A stretch of 64,000 bases of DNA from Eledone cirrhosa (taxonomy: Eukaryota), in contig OZ024742.1 in assembly GCA_964016885.1 (NCBI GenBank), positions 121,954,001 to 122,018,000 on the forward strand. Direction: 5' to 3'. The notes beneath the pieces were generated by a model that was not told where the DNA came from, searched no databases, and worked only from the letters and a program-made list of their open reading frames with translations. Positions 1-12,050 of this stretch are shown here, one piece after another. The first letter of the stretch is position 1. Each line of letters starts with the position of its first letter. A program made the translations under genes and the position numbers.

Positions 1-112
1 TTGGTACAAGACTAGCAATTATCGCAGTGCATTACTGGTACTTTATTTTATCGACCTCGTAAGGATGAAAGGCAAAGTTTACCTTGGCGGGATTTGAACT
101 CAGACCATAAAA
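1..112 (-). mobile_element. tRNA-derived SINE family A, partial
   Basis: Matches the reverse complement of the full-length copies at 38458 and 57218 (ctggtactttattttatcgacc..aaggatgaaaggcaaagt..gggatttgaactcag); B box GTTCAAATCC on the minus strand. Confidence 0.85.
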
Positions 113-1419
113 GGAAAGTAAAAGTAATAATAATAGGAGAAATCCAAAGGGAAAGTAAAAGTAATAATAATAAGGAGAAATCTAATAGTAATGTTTTCGG
201 ATTTAGGCTCATACAGTAAACGCTGTCCGGCGCGAATACATGCATAAACGAAGTTATAGTATATGAAAATTATATATATATATATATATACAGACATGTA
301 CATATGTGCCTGCACACATGTACACGCACGTGCCTTTACATGTGTGCAATCAAATGTATACATACATACAATAGCGGACTGGGTCTAAAAATATCGGTTG
401 CCAGGAGATAAGGAACCCCCCTCCCTCCTCACACACACATATAGAATGCTATCATTTAACTCTTATAATGAATGAATAACATTTTCAAAAAAAACATTAG
501 TGAAAACAAAACGAAGCAATCAAATTTCTGCGGGAAAAAATGTCTTTTTTAAAAATTATAGTGTATATATACTATACATATTACTGGCAGTATAAAGTAA
601 TACTAAATGTTAATACAGAATGTTATAATTGAATTTTAAAATAATTATGAATGTATAGTATACTGTTATTTTGAGTAGAGTATGCAAGTGACCGTCTTAC
701 CTTCTCCAATAAAAAAATAAAGAACCTTGCGAAACATCCACACCCAGAGCCTTTCAATAATGAACTTTGGTCATTCACATTCACTCAATATATATATCTG
801 GGAGTGTGTGTATATGTGTACATGTGTATTATATATAGATTTATATATATGTATGCATACATGTTTTCAACTTGTACAAATAATTGACCAAATGCTTTGC
901 TTATTTGTTTATTTATTTTTTAAAGATTTTTATTCTTTCTCTAGGACTTTTTGTTAAAGATATTTTTTGAAAGCAAAGCATTGGCCCCTAAAATACTACA
1001 GTGGGCTCCTTCAATGCTATCGTGGGCCCTTACAATGCGACATTTTTGTTCACAGGAATCACAGCTATTTGCAATACATTTGACATGAATTTCAACTGTT
1101 TGTATTACATTTTGAACGCCAGTTGTTTTCAAAATCTCTTTAACCTCTCGAGCGAATAGGGAGTCAACACACCATCACTTTACTTGCTAAAAATATTGGC
1201 TTAATCCGTCTCACATCACTTTTTCTCATCTTAAAACAACAAACACGACACACAAAAGATTTATTGGACAATGTATTGTATATGTCGACAAAGGCAAAGA
1301 TAGAATTGACAGCTGGAATGCCTGTAATCAGCCTCAGAGTTGACACATGGCTAAAAAAACAAACAAAACCACAAAAAATAACAAACAAAATAAAAACAAG
1401 AATAACAACATCGGTCACC

Positions 1420-1826
1420 TTAATATGTGCTGGCTCAGCTGAACTGCAAAGGGAGATCGAAACAGAAGAATCCCAAGAACCTTCCACACAAGTCACATCA
1501 CGAACGATGAGGTCCGCAAAAGTATCATCCAGCAAGTGAATCACTTTGGAGATCTGCTGATCACGGTGTAGAGTACAAAGCCGATGTGGTTTGGGCATGT
1601 GAAAAGATCGTACGGACTCACTAAGAGGATTCTCCAAGGAGGAGTGCGAAGAAAAGAAGGCGGACAGAGAGAGGAAGCGGTGAACGGACAACATAGCTGA
1701 GTGGACTGAGAAGAACTTTGCAATAACCCAAGAACTCACCCATGACCGCCACAGATTGAGGCATTTAGTACAGCGTTCGATCCCGAAAGAGGTTAAGGCA
1801 CCATGTTGATGATGATGATGATGATG
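1420..1826 (+). mobile_element. RTE-clade LINE 3' remnant
   Basis: Broken frames read SAELQREIE..HITNDEVRK..WFGHVKRS..TKRILQG..TDNIAEWT..HDRHRLRHLV, typical of the RTE ORF C-terminus, followed by a (GAT)n tail. Confidence 0.75.
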
Positions 1827-1969
1827 TGGATGATGGATATTTATTTTAGCTTATAATTTGTTCTAAATTGTCAAACGAATTGCACCCTGTCAATAATATT
1901 CCTAACATATGCTGTTATATGATCTTTCAAACTAGTGTAGATTTTTTGTATATCTATATCTGCTTTTCA

Positions 1970-2085
1970 TCAGGGTGGACTGCAGCAACGTGAAATAAAT
2001 TGCTTGGCTGAAGGACAAAAAACACACCGTCCGATTGGGGTTTCGAACCCACAACCATATTGTATTAATAGGTTGCACGCCTTCA
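1970..2085 (-). mobile_element. CORE-like tRNA SINE family B, degenerate
   Basis: gggtggactgcagcaacgtgaaataaattgcttggctgaaggaca..tttcgaacccac is the reverse complement of the head/core seen at 25691 and 44184. Confidence 0.5.
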
Positions 2086-2619
2086 AAAATATGTTATAAA
2101 ATCTGTAAATTACATTACTCACTCATTCGAAATGTACTTCTTCCAGCATGCATTCCTCCCAAACGGTTTCTATTTTGTTCTATAGATATGCATTTAGACT
2201 TCTTCATATAGAAAATGAAGACTTGAAAACAAATTTTCATTAAAATGTAAAATTTTGAAACGTGAAAGAGAAATTTCAATATTCTTATTTTTGCTTATCT
2301 AATTTATTTATGATTCACCGAAACCTCATTGGAAACTCTTCAGAGATTTTATAGTTAATAGATATTAAGAAAAATATTCCTTTGAATAATTAAAACTACA
2401 AAAGTTTAAAATATATAAACTACTTAAAGGATACAGAAAAAGCTATTTTGAGAAGAAATTTACTTACAAAAAAATGTTTCTGTAATTTAATAGGTTTTTC
2501 ATTTCAGTTTTATAAATTTCATTCATTAAAAAGAAGGTGTTCATTAAATAGAATATTGATAAAAGGAAACATCGTCGTACATAAGATTTACATTAATAAT
2601 CAAGTAAATAAGATATGAT

Positions 2620-2748
2620 CAGGTCAGGCTGTAACCCATAATAACCTGCTTCACGGTCGAGTGGTGACTATGGCCTGTCGAAAACTAAACAGAAAGCGGT
2701 GGAGGTCAACCTAAGAGGGTTTCCCTTAACAGGAATGAGAAGGCCCTA
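2620..2748 (+). repeat. Unclassified dispersed repeat, internally deleted homologue of 60340-60657
   Basis: Shares aggtcaggct, ataacc.cttca.ggt and aaacagaaagcggt..ggtca..gaggg.ttcc..aaca.gaatgaga with the reverse complement of 60340-60657. Confidence 0.6.
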
Positions 2749-4599
2749 GTTTAGTTTGGAAATAGGATACAAGAGTAGACCGTCAAATCTGTCACCCTAC
2801 CCTATATGGTATTGAAGGCACACCATCCCAACAGCCGGGTTCACCTTTCTTTATGTGTGCACCAGTGAATATATACTTCTCAATTGTAAATACTGTCAGC
2901 ACTCTACATATAATGAAGTCAAAGGGTGCTCACAGGGCAGATCTAACTTCTCTGACGGGCGAAATTACTCAATCAAATCTATGATGGACCATCTGCATGT
3001 GCTCTACCTTTCCTTGGTCAAATTCAAAAGCGAGTTTCTAACATGCTTGATCTTGGCTTGGTAAACAAACTTCAATCGTTTTCTGATATCCAGGGTATTC
3101 CTTCTGTATTTCTATTAAATAAATAGTCCTATGCTGGCTCTTTCCACGAACTTTATTGACTTGTTCCTTCCCATAAGCGTGTTCCTCGAGTTAATCGTCC
3201 TTCTACCAATTTCCATTCTTTCTCAATGGTTGTACTCTTATTAGAAGACCCACTAATCAAGTTATTTGTTTTTCTAAAACGTCTGTTTCATGCAAGCCTC
3301 TTCATTTTACTTATTGTCCTGATGGGTATAAATGTAATTCTTCTAAATTCTCTGTTTTCTGACTTTATAATTTTCTTGGAGCCTACTGTATAGCAGGTTA
3401 CTTGTCACCTTTTCATGAATGACTTAAGAAATACAAAATAATCTATAGATTAACATCCTATCCAATGAGCGATTAAATTCACGTCGGCGTAATGTTTCAG
3501 ATTTCAACAATAAGTACAGACTATGTCGATCCTTGTAATTCTGAAATTAATTCGGAAAGGGGCACGAAATAGAGATAGATCTGTGGCTGGAGGTTTTTAA
3601 ATATTTTCTTAGTATGATTCTTCTACATGTTATTTGCAGAGAGATGCTTTCAACAAGCTGTTTTATCCTAAATTCAGAAAGCAAAGACAAACACTCAATC
3701 AGTGCGGTGATAGACCAATATGTTATGGAAGACAAACCACCAATAATATGCAATAGATGCGACTATTTTTCTCTTAAGAATTTTGTGTATCAGAAATATT
3801 CCTAAAATATTGATGTTGAAGATCCTGAGTTATCCTAGTAGTTCAAATTTCTTCTTTATATACTTTAGAACAACTCAGTTCTGCGTAGTCCTTGTATTTC
3901 TCTAAAATATAAAATTAAAAACTTTGAACTTTATAGCGTTGAGATTGCCTGAAATACATAATGCAGCTATGGTGGCATTTGAGTGTTGCTTTTGACTCAG
4001 AAAGGATGTACAGGGGATAACTGCAGTCAATCCAATACTGAGGGTCTATCGACTTAGCTATCTTTGCATGCTCAAAACTGTTTAAAAGAAATATAAAAAC
4101 GCAGCTTCTTTTCTCCATTAAATAAATTTACTAATTATTAAATTATATAACTCAAAATCTATATAAAAATAAAATTATTAATATTTTATATGCTGTAATA
4201 TATTTGAAATTCGGTCAATGAAACAGTAGTTACATCTTAGCACAAATTTGTTCGGATTTAAATCAATAATAACAAACATGTAATAACACAATTACACGGA
4301 AAAATGTGTAGTTTGAAATTTAAATATTTGTTTTGATTAAGGTTGTGCGAGAAATTAAGTTGTTAATTTTTTCTGACCTCTGTTCTTTGCTCAAGGATGT
4401 TATTTATAAAAACAACAAAATGCACATAGCACATTGAGACTGTAGAATTTGAATAAAAATCAAATTTTAAATACAAATACATGTTTGGAAAACAAAGAGA
4501 TTTGGAAAAAAATTAAAGAAACATTTTTGAAACTATTTGCTTGCTTCAAGAAAAAATGATACACGGAGAAGTTTTCTGTTTTGATATATGCTAAAATAT

Positions 4600-5300
4600 T
4601 CTAAAATAGTTAGTTGAATAGATTGGATGGTAAAAAATCAGCTAATTGATCAGCGACCTGTCACCAGCTTTGCATGTCGTCCCTGGTCAATACAATCTGC
4701 TTTCAAGAATCAAATATGCCATTCTCTAAGTAAATAGATAACTTCCTGCTAATGTTTTTAATGTAGCTACTAGACAAATCCAGCTAATTAGTGAGAAGGA
4801 AAAGTAACTAGTAAAAACAAATAAAAAATCCCAAATCAATCAATCAATAAAAAACATGTGCTGAATAAATAATCTTGATCAAGAAAGGTTGGAGGCATAA
4901 ATTCGGAAGTTGAAATAATTAAAAGTTGCATGCAGGTTAGTTATGGAAAGTGATTTGTGTTTTTCGCAAAAACTGTGACAAGTCCGGGTATATTTCTGTT
5001 TAATCAGACCTTCTCAGCGGAACATGCTTACTAAAATTATTCAGAAAGATATAAAGATTTCGAGTGAAGAAAAGCTGATAGGTATCGCAACTTAAATAAT
5101 GTCTGACAACACTGCAAGCCTCACAATGTTCGCCCTATTGTAAAGCCGAAAAAATTATCCACTGATAAGAAATGTCCTCAGCTTTTCGCAAAAGATTGCC
5201 TTCTGTAATTAGACCATATTAATACGAAAATAAATTTCGCTTTGCTAACGTAGGATATTCACATCAACAAACCATCAAGTTCGAAAATGGTTATTAGTAC
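4600..5300 (+). pseudogene. Possible highly decayed pogo/Tigger-type DDE transposase relic
   Basis: Scattered peptides DWMVKNQLIDQRPVT, LPANVFNV, DCLL*LDH and LT*DIHINKPS occur in the order expected for pogo-like motifs (IFNxDET, LLxD, QPLDVxINKPFK); weak. Confidence 0.3.
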
Positions 5301-5347
5301 TGCCTTAACTATGTAGGAGATTATTGTATATATATATATACATTAAT

Positions 5348-5354
5348 CTCTCTC

Positions 5355-5403
<49 letters not shown>

Positions 5404-5417
5404 CTCTCTCTCTCTCT

Positions 5418-5500
<83 letters not shown>
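5348..5500. repeat. (CT)n-(TA)n compound microsatellite
   Basis: Direct reading. Confidence 0.95.
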
Positions 5501-5503
<3 letters not shown>

Positions 5504-5689
5504 CTGCAGGTATTTCTAGTGGCAGTAGATTGACCATTCCGCCTCTGCCTTCTATCTTTACACACGGCACTAGACAGAATTGCTTCTTCATCATACACTC
5601 TCATCTCGGGAACAATTTTGAATGGCGCCAGTTCGTGGTTTGAACTCGCAAATTTTATATATTCCGAGCGAACTTGCAATGGATTTCCG

Positions 5690-5790
5690 TATATCCAGAC
5701 TTGAAACCGTACGGTAAGAGTAATTACAGCAGGTACAGCGAACTTTTTAAAATTTATTTTAAAACTTTTTCTTATTTGCTAAACCTTGAT

Positions 5791-5793
<3 letters not shown>
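5690..5793 (+). mobile_element. PLE-type 3' end carrying the 3' half of a hammerhead motif
   Basis: GAAA-CCGTACGG (palindrome)-TA-agagt at ~5703, then an AT-rich tail ending in (TA)n; no CTGANGA upstream, so 5' truncated. Confidence 0.4.
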
Positions 5794-5850
<57 letters not shown>

Positions 5851-5863
5851 CATATATACATGT

Positions 5864-5909
5864 TCTTGTCTGATGTCTAGTAAACAGGCGAACCTCTAGA
5901 GTAACAAGA
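5864..5909 (+). ncRNA. Degenerate type I hammerhead ribozyme motif
   Basis: TCTTGT-CTGATGt-..-GAAc-CTCTAGAG (palindrome)-TA-ACAAGA: stem I is a perfect 6 bp, with two core substitutions and a damaged stem II; lies between TA tracts. Confidence 0.55.
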
Positions 5910-6083
5910 CTCACTAATTAGCCTTAATAAAACGAATATAGAAAACACTACTCTGGTATTGAATACTCTTTTCTCTCAACCATCAACCACATATGGATAC
6001 ATACATATATGCATATATGCATACATACATATATGCATATATATGTATATGCATATATATATATATATATAAGCATATATATA

Positions 6084-6140
<57 letters not shown>

Positions 6141-6332
6141 GGAATAGAATGAAACGAAATTTCATTTCTCACTCTTAGTACGGCACTTACTTAAATGTAA
6201 GTATGTATGTATACGTACATACATATATGTATACAGACGTACAGTAGCATGTATATATATATACATACAGGCACACATATATATATGCACGTATCAGTTT
6301 ACCGAACATTTATTATAATGGCAGAAAGGTAT

Positions 6333-6375
6333 ACGGTGCTGACGATAACTAACAAGCTTGAAACTAGTACATCGT
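6333..6375 (+). ncRNA. Minimal type I hammerhead ribozyme
   Basis: ACGGTG-CTGACGA-taactaacaagctt-GAAA-CTAG-TA-CATCGT; stem I 6 bp, palindromic CTAG loop, one mutation in stem II. Confidence 0.7.
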
Positions 6376-6776
6376 TCCTGTGTCAGTGTTGAACAAAAAG
6401 GTGACGTGGTTGTGTGAACATTGTACGGCGTAAATCAGGCTGTTCGTTTGTTTACAAACGAACAAAGCGAATATTATAATGATTGTTCGGTAAACTGATA
6501 CGTGCATATATATATGTGTGCCTGTATATATATATATATACATGCTACTGTACGTCTGTATACATATATGTATGTACGTATACATACATATTTACATTTA
6601 AGTAAGTGCCGTACTAAGAGTGAGAAATGAAATTTCGTTTCATTCTATTCCATTTATCGTTTTCGGTGCGCCTGGCCGACTGAACTCACTCCATATGCAA
6701 ATTAGGCTGCTCAGCCGTTAATTTTCATAAGGAAAGTATATACTTTCGGACGTTCAACCATCTGGCAGAAAGGTAT

Positions 6777-6819
6777 ACAGTGCTGACGATAGCTAACAAG
6801 CTTGAAACTAGTACATCGT
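6777..6819 (+). ncRNA. Minimal type I hammerhead ribozyme
   Basis: ACAGTG-CTGACGA-t-AGCT-aaca-AGCT-t-GAAA-CTAG-TA-CATCGT. Confidence 0.72.
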
Positions 6820-7052
6820 TCCTGTGTCAGTGTTGAACAAAAAAGGTGACGTTGTTGCCTGAACACTGTACGGCGTAAATCAGGCTGTTCGTTTGTTTAC
6901 AAACGAACAAAGCGAACATCATAATAAATGTTCGGTAAACTGATACTTGCATAGATATATGTGTGCCTGTATGTATATATATATATATATATATATATAC
7001 ATGCTACTGTACGTGTGTATACATATATGTATGTACGTATACATACATACTT

Positions 7053-7130
<78 letters not shown>

Positions 7131-8558
7131 GGTGTGGGATGCTTATAGCGTCCATATGCGGTAGGCCGTTTGAGCACTCGATGCTCTTACAGAGTAGATT
7201 ATAATATCACATAAACGGAGAATCAGTTGTGCGACGAATAACATTTATTTATTAGACATATTAAAATCGTTTCTCTGGCGACCAGCTCGAGGCACGATCG
7301 ATGCAATGATCGAACCTGACTAAATATATATATAGACAGATAGATAGATAAATAGATAGATATAGATAGATATATAACTGAGAGGTTTCGGCCAGTATTA
7401 GCCCAGGTCGTGTGTTACGTATTTGCACCATTTGGTGAAATCTTTGAAATCATAATTCAGACATCAGTTATATTTTGAACACTATGGCCCACTTTAGTAG
7501 TACTACGAAATTGTATCCTACCCGGAACTACATCGTTGCGAAACGTCCGACTAAATTACAATTATTCATGTCAACTGAAACTAAATGTTTGAAAATAGAT
7601 TTTTCGCTATTGATTGTTTATATACAAGATTAAATTTCCAACATTCAATTTTTTTTAATGTAGTTATCCTACTATTCCTCATCGTGTTTTATGCTGTGTA
7701 TTGAAGTTCGGGTGTTTTATGTTACATATGTGATAAGCACATGCATGGACGTGAGGTTTGAAGTTCAGTTAGCAGCTACATGGTTGGGGTTTTTATTCCA
7801 CGACACAGCATGCTATGCAAATCTCTTCTACTCCATCTGTTTTGTGAACGGAATTGGATGGATGCAAACTCTGTGTAGAAGTGCATGTGTCACCATTTCT
7901 GTTTTAGGATGTTAAACGTAATCCAGTTTGTGTTTGATCAGCAGAATCTATAATTTCGAAAATATTCGGACCAGTTTTTTGATATGAAGATAACTTCACC
8001 TCTTGCTACCACCCATGACCGACGTCCTGAATAGACTGTTCTTCCTTTGTGACATCCATAAAAATCATAAGATAATTGTCATTGTTTTCTATCTTATGTT
8101 CCCAAATATATCTCGAAAAAAGGTATATCCGATATATTCGCATTTAAATTCTTATCTCGGATACTCAGCCTAGATCTAAGAATTAATTTCCTTCTCGTCA
8201 GTTATTTATTTTAGAGGACTTATTTCATGATAATTCTTAGTTTCTTATCTAATTGTACGTTATTTACCTATTTATATCATTATCTGCTAATCTGTGTAAT
8301 GCCTTTCTGTTCTATTCTGGTAATTATGTACTTTTGAATTCCACTATTATTAGCGATCTGGTCAATCTGAAGAATTTAAGATCTAATGCTAAATTACTTT
8401 CGAATACTTTATCATGTACGTTGACAAAGCAAATAAGAATTACACTCATTTTCTGACCGGCGAGATATAGTCAATTGACGAAAGACTTGAGAAATGGTTA
8501 ATTGTTTTCCCAAACATCAGCGGATTATTTTTCATGTTATATTTTCTACAGAAGTAGC

Positions 8559-8603
<45 letters not shown>

Positions 8604-9124
8604 TGTATTAGTTGCTGTTGTATAGGAAAACCCCTGCCCTATTCGATCTATCTGTCCGAACACAGTAAATCTAGAATTACGTTGTTCAATTGTCTATGTC
8701 TTGTTTTTAAGAAACAAAGAAGAGTGTTTAATTTAAGGGAGGATTAGAAGCCATTGCTAGTATGTCGGGCAACGGTTTAGACAACTTCCTCACCGTTAGA
8801 TGAAATATATGGTGGCCAAATAAGGCGATAACGACCACTAGAGTGTTCCCATCATTTAAGGTACATATTCATTTACGAGAATTGTCGTATAAAAGATTAT
8901 CGATCTCCTAAACTTAAAGAAATCACATGCTATAGATTACTCTTCTCATACTTTTTTCCCTCTAACTCCCACATGAGTCGTAAGGACACCGTATTGACAT
9001 ATAGCGTTTCTAGGGCAATTTAAAACCGCGTGGAATCCATCACTACAGATTTGAATACAGCATATTCCTTCCAGTGGAATATAGAGAGTGAGAGAATAGA
9101 AATAAGAAAGAGATATAGAGGAAG

Positions 9125-9272
9125 AATTGACCCCATTATTTGACTAGTGCATTTTTTTCGACCCCGAATAATTGAAAAGCAAAGGAGACCTAGGCGGGAA
9201 TTGAACTCAGAGAGCCGAAACGAATAGCAAAAAGAATTTTCAGACCTTCTAACGACACGGCCAATTCGCCAC
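9125..9272 (-). mobile_element. SINE family A, degenerate
   Basis: cgaccccg..aaagcaaagg.gacct.ggcgggaattgaactcag..ctaacgac..gccaattcgcc. Confidence 0.6.
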
Positions 9273-10254
9273 TTTTGATTATTACCCACGTAGGCCAATG
9301 GCCTTCATCGATCTAGCTGTTAGCTTGTATTACTTACTCTATTGAACTAAATGGGAAAGAGCTTTCTCTATTAATTCTAGAAGTGCGGGCGATCATATAT
9401 GTTTGTTATTGTTTCAAAATAGAAAGAAAGCACGTTCAATCATAAAATCCCTCGGTAAACAATGACAAACAAATCAGATAGTTAGAGCTAGAATTCTAAT
9501 GGACAAAGACCTAAACATTCAGTTCTTATCTGGGGCTAAATAATAACATTCTCAATGGAAAGAAAATAATAGTCAACGATTTATAGGCAGTAATTTGCCA
9601 GAATCCTAACAACGAACAACAGAAAGCTTAATGGCAAGTTATTCCGGCGCTCTGCAATGGGAGTTCAAATGACGCAACAATTGGTCCAGCGTTCTGCTTT
9701 GAAGACACTATCCTCTCCTACTCCTAGTAATTTTGTAAGTCTCGAAAAATTTAAAAGATAATAGGTGTAAGAATTTCCTAAATGGAAAATTGGTAAAACA
9801 ATGAAAATGTGGTCAGATTTGAAATCATGATGGAAAGAGGTGGAACGAAACCCTTTTATCCGAATCTCTTCTTTATTTCCGAATCCCCCGTAATACTGTA
9901 ACCTATACGCTGAGAAAATATTCAAAAGTTCTATGCTAGAATATATTTCTATGACATGTCATATAACGTACGAAAGGACGGGGATACAGATGAAAATGTA
10001 TATGTATATAATAGTAGATACTACTACTACTACTACTACTACTACTACAAACACACACAGAAAATGACAGGAAAAGGTAAAGTGCACAAACATATACATA
10101 TATACATACATATACATATATATACTTGTATTTAAACACACACACACCTATATATATATACGCATAATAAATATATATATATATATATATATATACGCAT
10201 AATAAATATATAAATATATTACATATATATATATATATATATATATATGTAACT

Positions 10255-10319
<65 letters not shown>

Positions 10320-10842
10320 ACAAGTTATATATATATATATATATATATACTTGTGTATATACATATGTGTATGTATGTAATTGAATCAGTTGTTTGAGGC
10401 GATAACATTATTAATTACTTCTTCTCTTGGTGTCTGGTTTCGGTGTTGCTAGACTAAAGAATATGATTCCCATTAATTGTCATCTATTATACAGCCTTAC
10501 TTATTTTATTATACCTACTTACTCAAACAAAGAAAATCATTATTCCTTCCTACCTTCTCACTCTTCTTTTCATCGATTGTTGCCACAAATATCGATGTTT
10601 GCTTTTCTTATCTTTTTCATTTTTCTTCTTTATAGGCGATGGTCACTTTAAAGGATTTGCTCTTTTTTTTCTTTTGTTGTCTTACAAATTGTGTTGACTG
10701 TTTTTTTATTTTAATTTTCTTATTGGGGCGTGGGGCAATAATGTTACATCAGGGAATAATTGCAGATTTAAGATTTTAGATTTAGGGTTACAACAACAGC
10801 AACAACAAGAACTACTACTACTACTACTACTACTACTAATAT

Positions 10843-10880
<38 letters not shown>

Positions 10881-10939
10881 GTAGTAGTAGTTATTGTTGT
10901 AACCCTAATCTACTACTACTCGAGGATTGAGGAAAGTGC

Positions 10940-11290
10940 ATTACTGGTGCATTACTGATGCTTTATTTTATCGACTCCGTAAGGATGAAAGGCAAAGCTA
11001 ACGTCGACGAGATTTGAACTCAGAACCTGAAAAGCTTTAACTAAATAGTCTAATACATTTTGCCTTTCATCTTCTAACGTTTCTCCCAAACAATCACTTT
11101 TAATGTCATACGCACGCACAAAGTCAGGGATTGGTGTCAAGAGCTTAGTCGAATACATCAATACCAGTACTTGACTAATACTTTATTTTATATATTCCGA
11201 AATAGGAAAAAGAAGTTGATCTTCACGGGTTTGAACTGGGGTAAAAAGAATCGTTACTAAAATCAGTAAGGTATTTCGTGGGAATCTCTT
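10940..11290 (-). mobile_element. Two degenerate SINE family A copies after a (TAC)n tract
   Basis: ctttattttatcgactccgtaaggatgaaaggcaaagcta..gatttgaactcag at ~10960, with a second more diverged copy at ~11115-11290. Confidence 0.7.
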
Positions 11291-11754
11291 TTGCATATTC
11301 ACGTTCCTAATATTAATTTATAACTGAGGCAGAACAGAAGGCCAGACTATTTCAAGGAAGGAATTGTAGAATATATTTAGCACTTCACTATCTTTTCTTG
11401 TAATCCACAGGATTTAAACAGAGGGTTGACGGGGGATGTGAAAATGACAAATGCTTCATTGACGCAGCAAGATTAAAATCTTCTGGGATATGGTCTGGCA
11501 AATTCTATTACTCAAGAATATAAATTAATATTAGAAATTTATAATTGGAAAATAATATTAGAAATTTATGATTAGAAATTTTAGTATCCATACTTACATA
11601 AGTGACAACTGAATGTCACTAAAAATATGTGCTATGTACATATCTTTGGCATATGCTCCATTTTAGTTCACATAGTATAGCAACTCTATTGTAAGACGCT
11701 TTCTGTTAAGTGATAATACTAATGTTAGGAACAATTACACTAGGGTTGGTTAAA

Positions 11755-12050
11755 TAATTGTTTCTACTATTGGCACAAGCCCAGCAAATACCCAGTGCAT
11801 TACTGGTACATTATTTTATCGACCCCGTAAGGATGAAAGGCAAAGTTAACCTCGGCGGGATAGGCACAGGGTCAACAAATTTGTGGGAGGGGAAAGTTGA
11901 TTAAATCGACTCCAGTAAATTACTGGTGTTTTATTTTATCGACTCCATAGGGATGAAAGGCAAAGCTAACCTCGGAGGGATTTGAACACCGAACGTAAAG
12001 GGCCGTAACTATATACCGCAAAACATGTTCAACGCTCTAAGAATCCACCA
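11755..12050 (-). mobile_element. Two nested or tandem SINE family A copies
   Basis: Two cores (ttattttatcgac..ggatgaaaggcaaag..aacctcgg) at ~11810 and ~11930; head ..ctctaagaatccacc at ~12040. Confidence 0.85.

Larger units (their letters stand above)
6135..7056. mobile_element. Hammerhead-containing ~444-bp tandem repeat (retrozyme-like) with an inverted left arm
   Basis: CTGACGA at 6339 and 6783 (period 444); 6135-6319 is the reverse complement of ~6473-6657; (TA)n on both flanks; same family as 50408-52345. Confidence 0.8.

Noticed and set aside
3915-4118. ORF with DPQYW..YP..LS / YILSESKATL resembling a hAT dimerisation or RNase H motif
   Set aside because: Too short and ambiguous; fits two unrelated families equally poorly.
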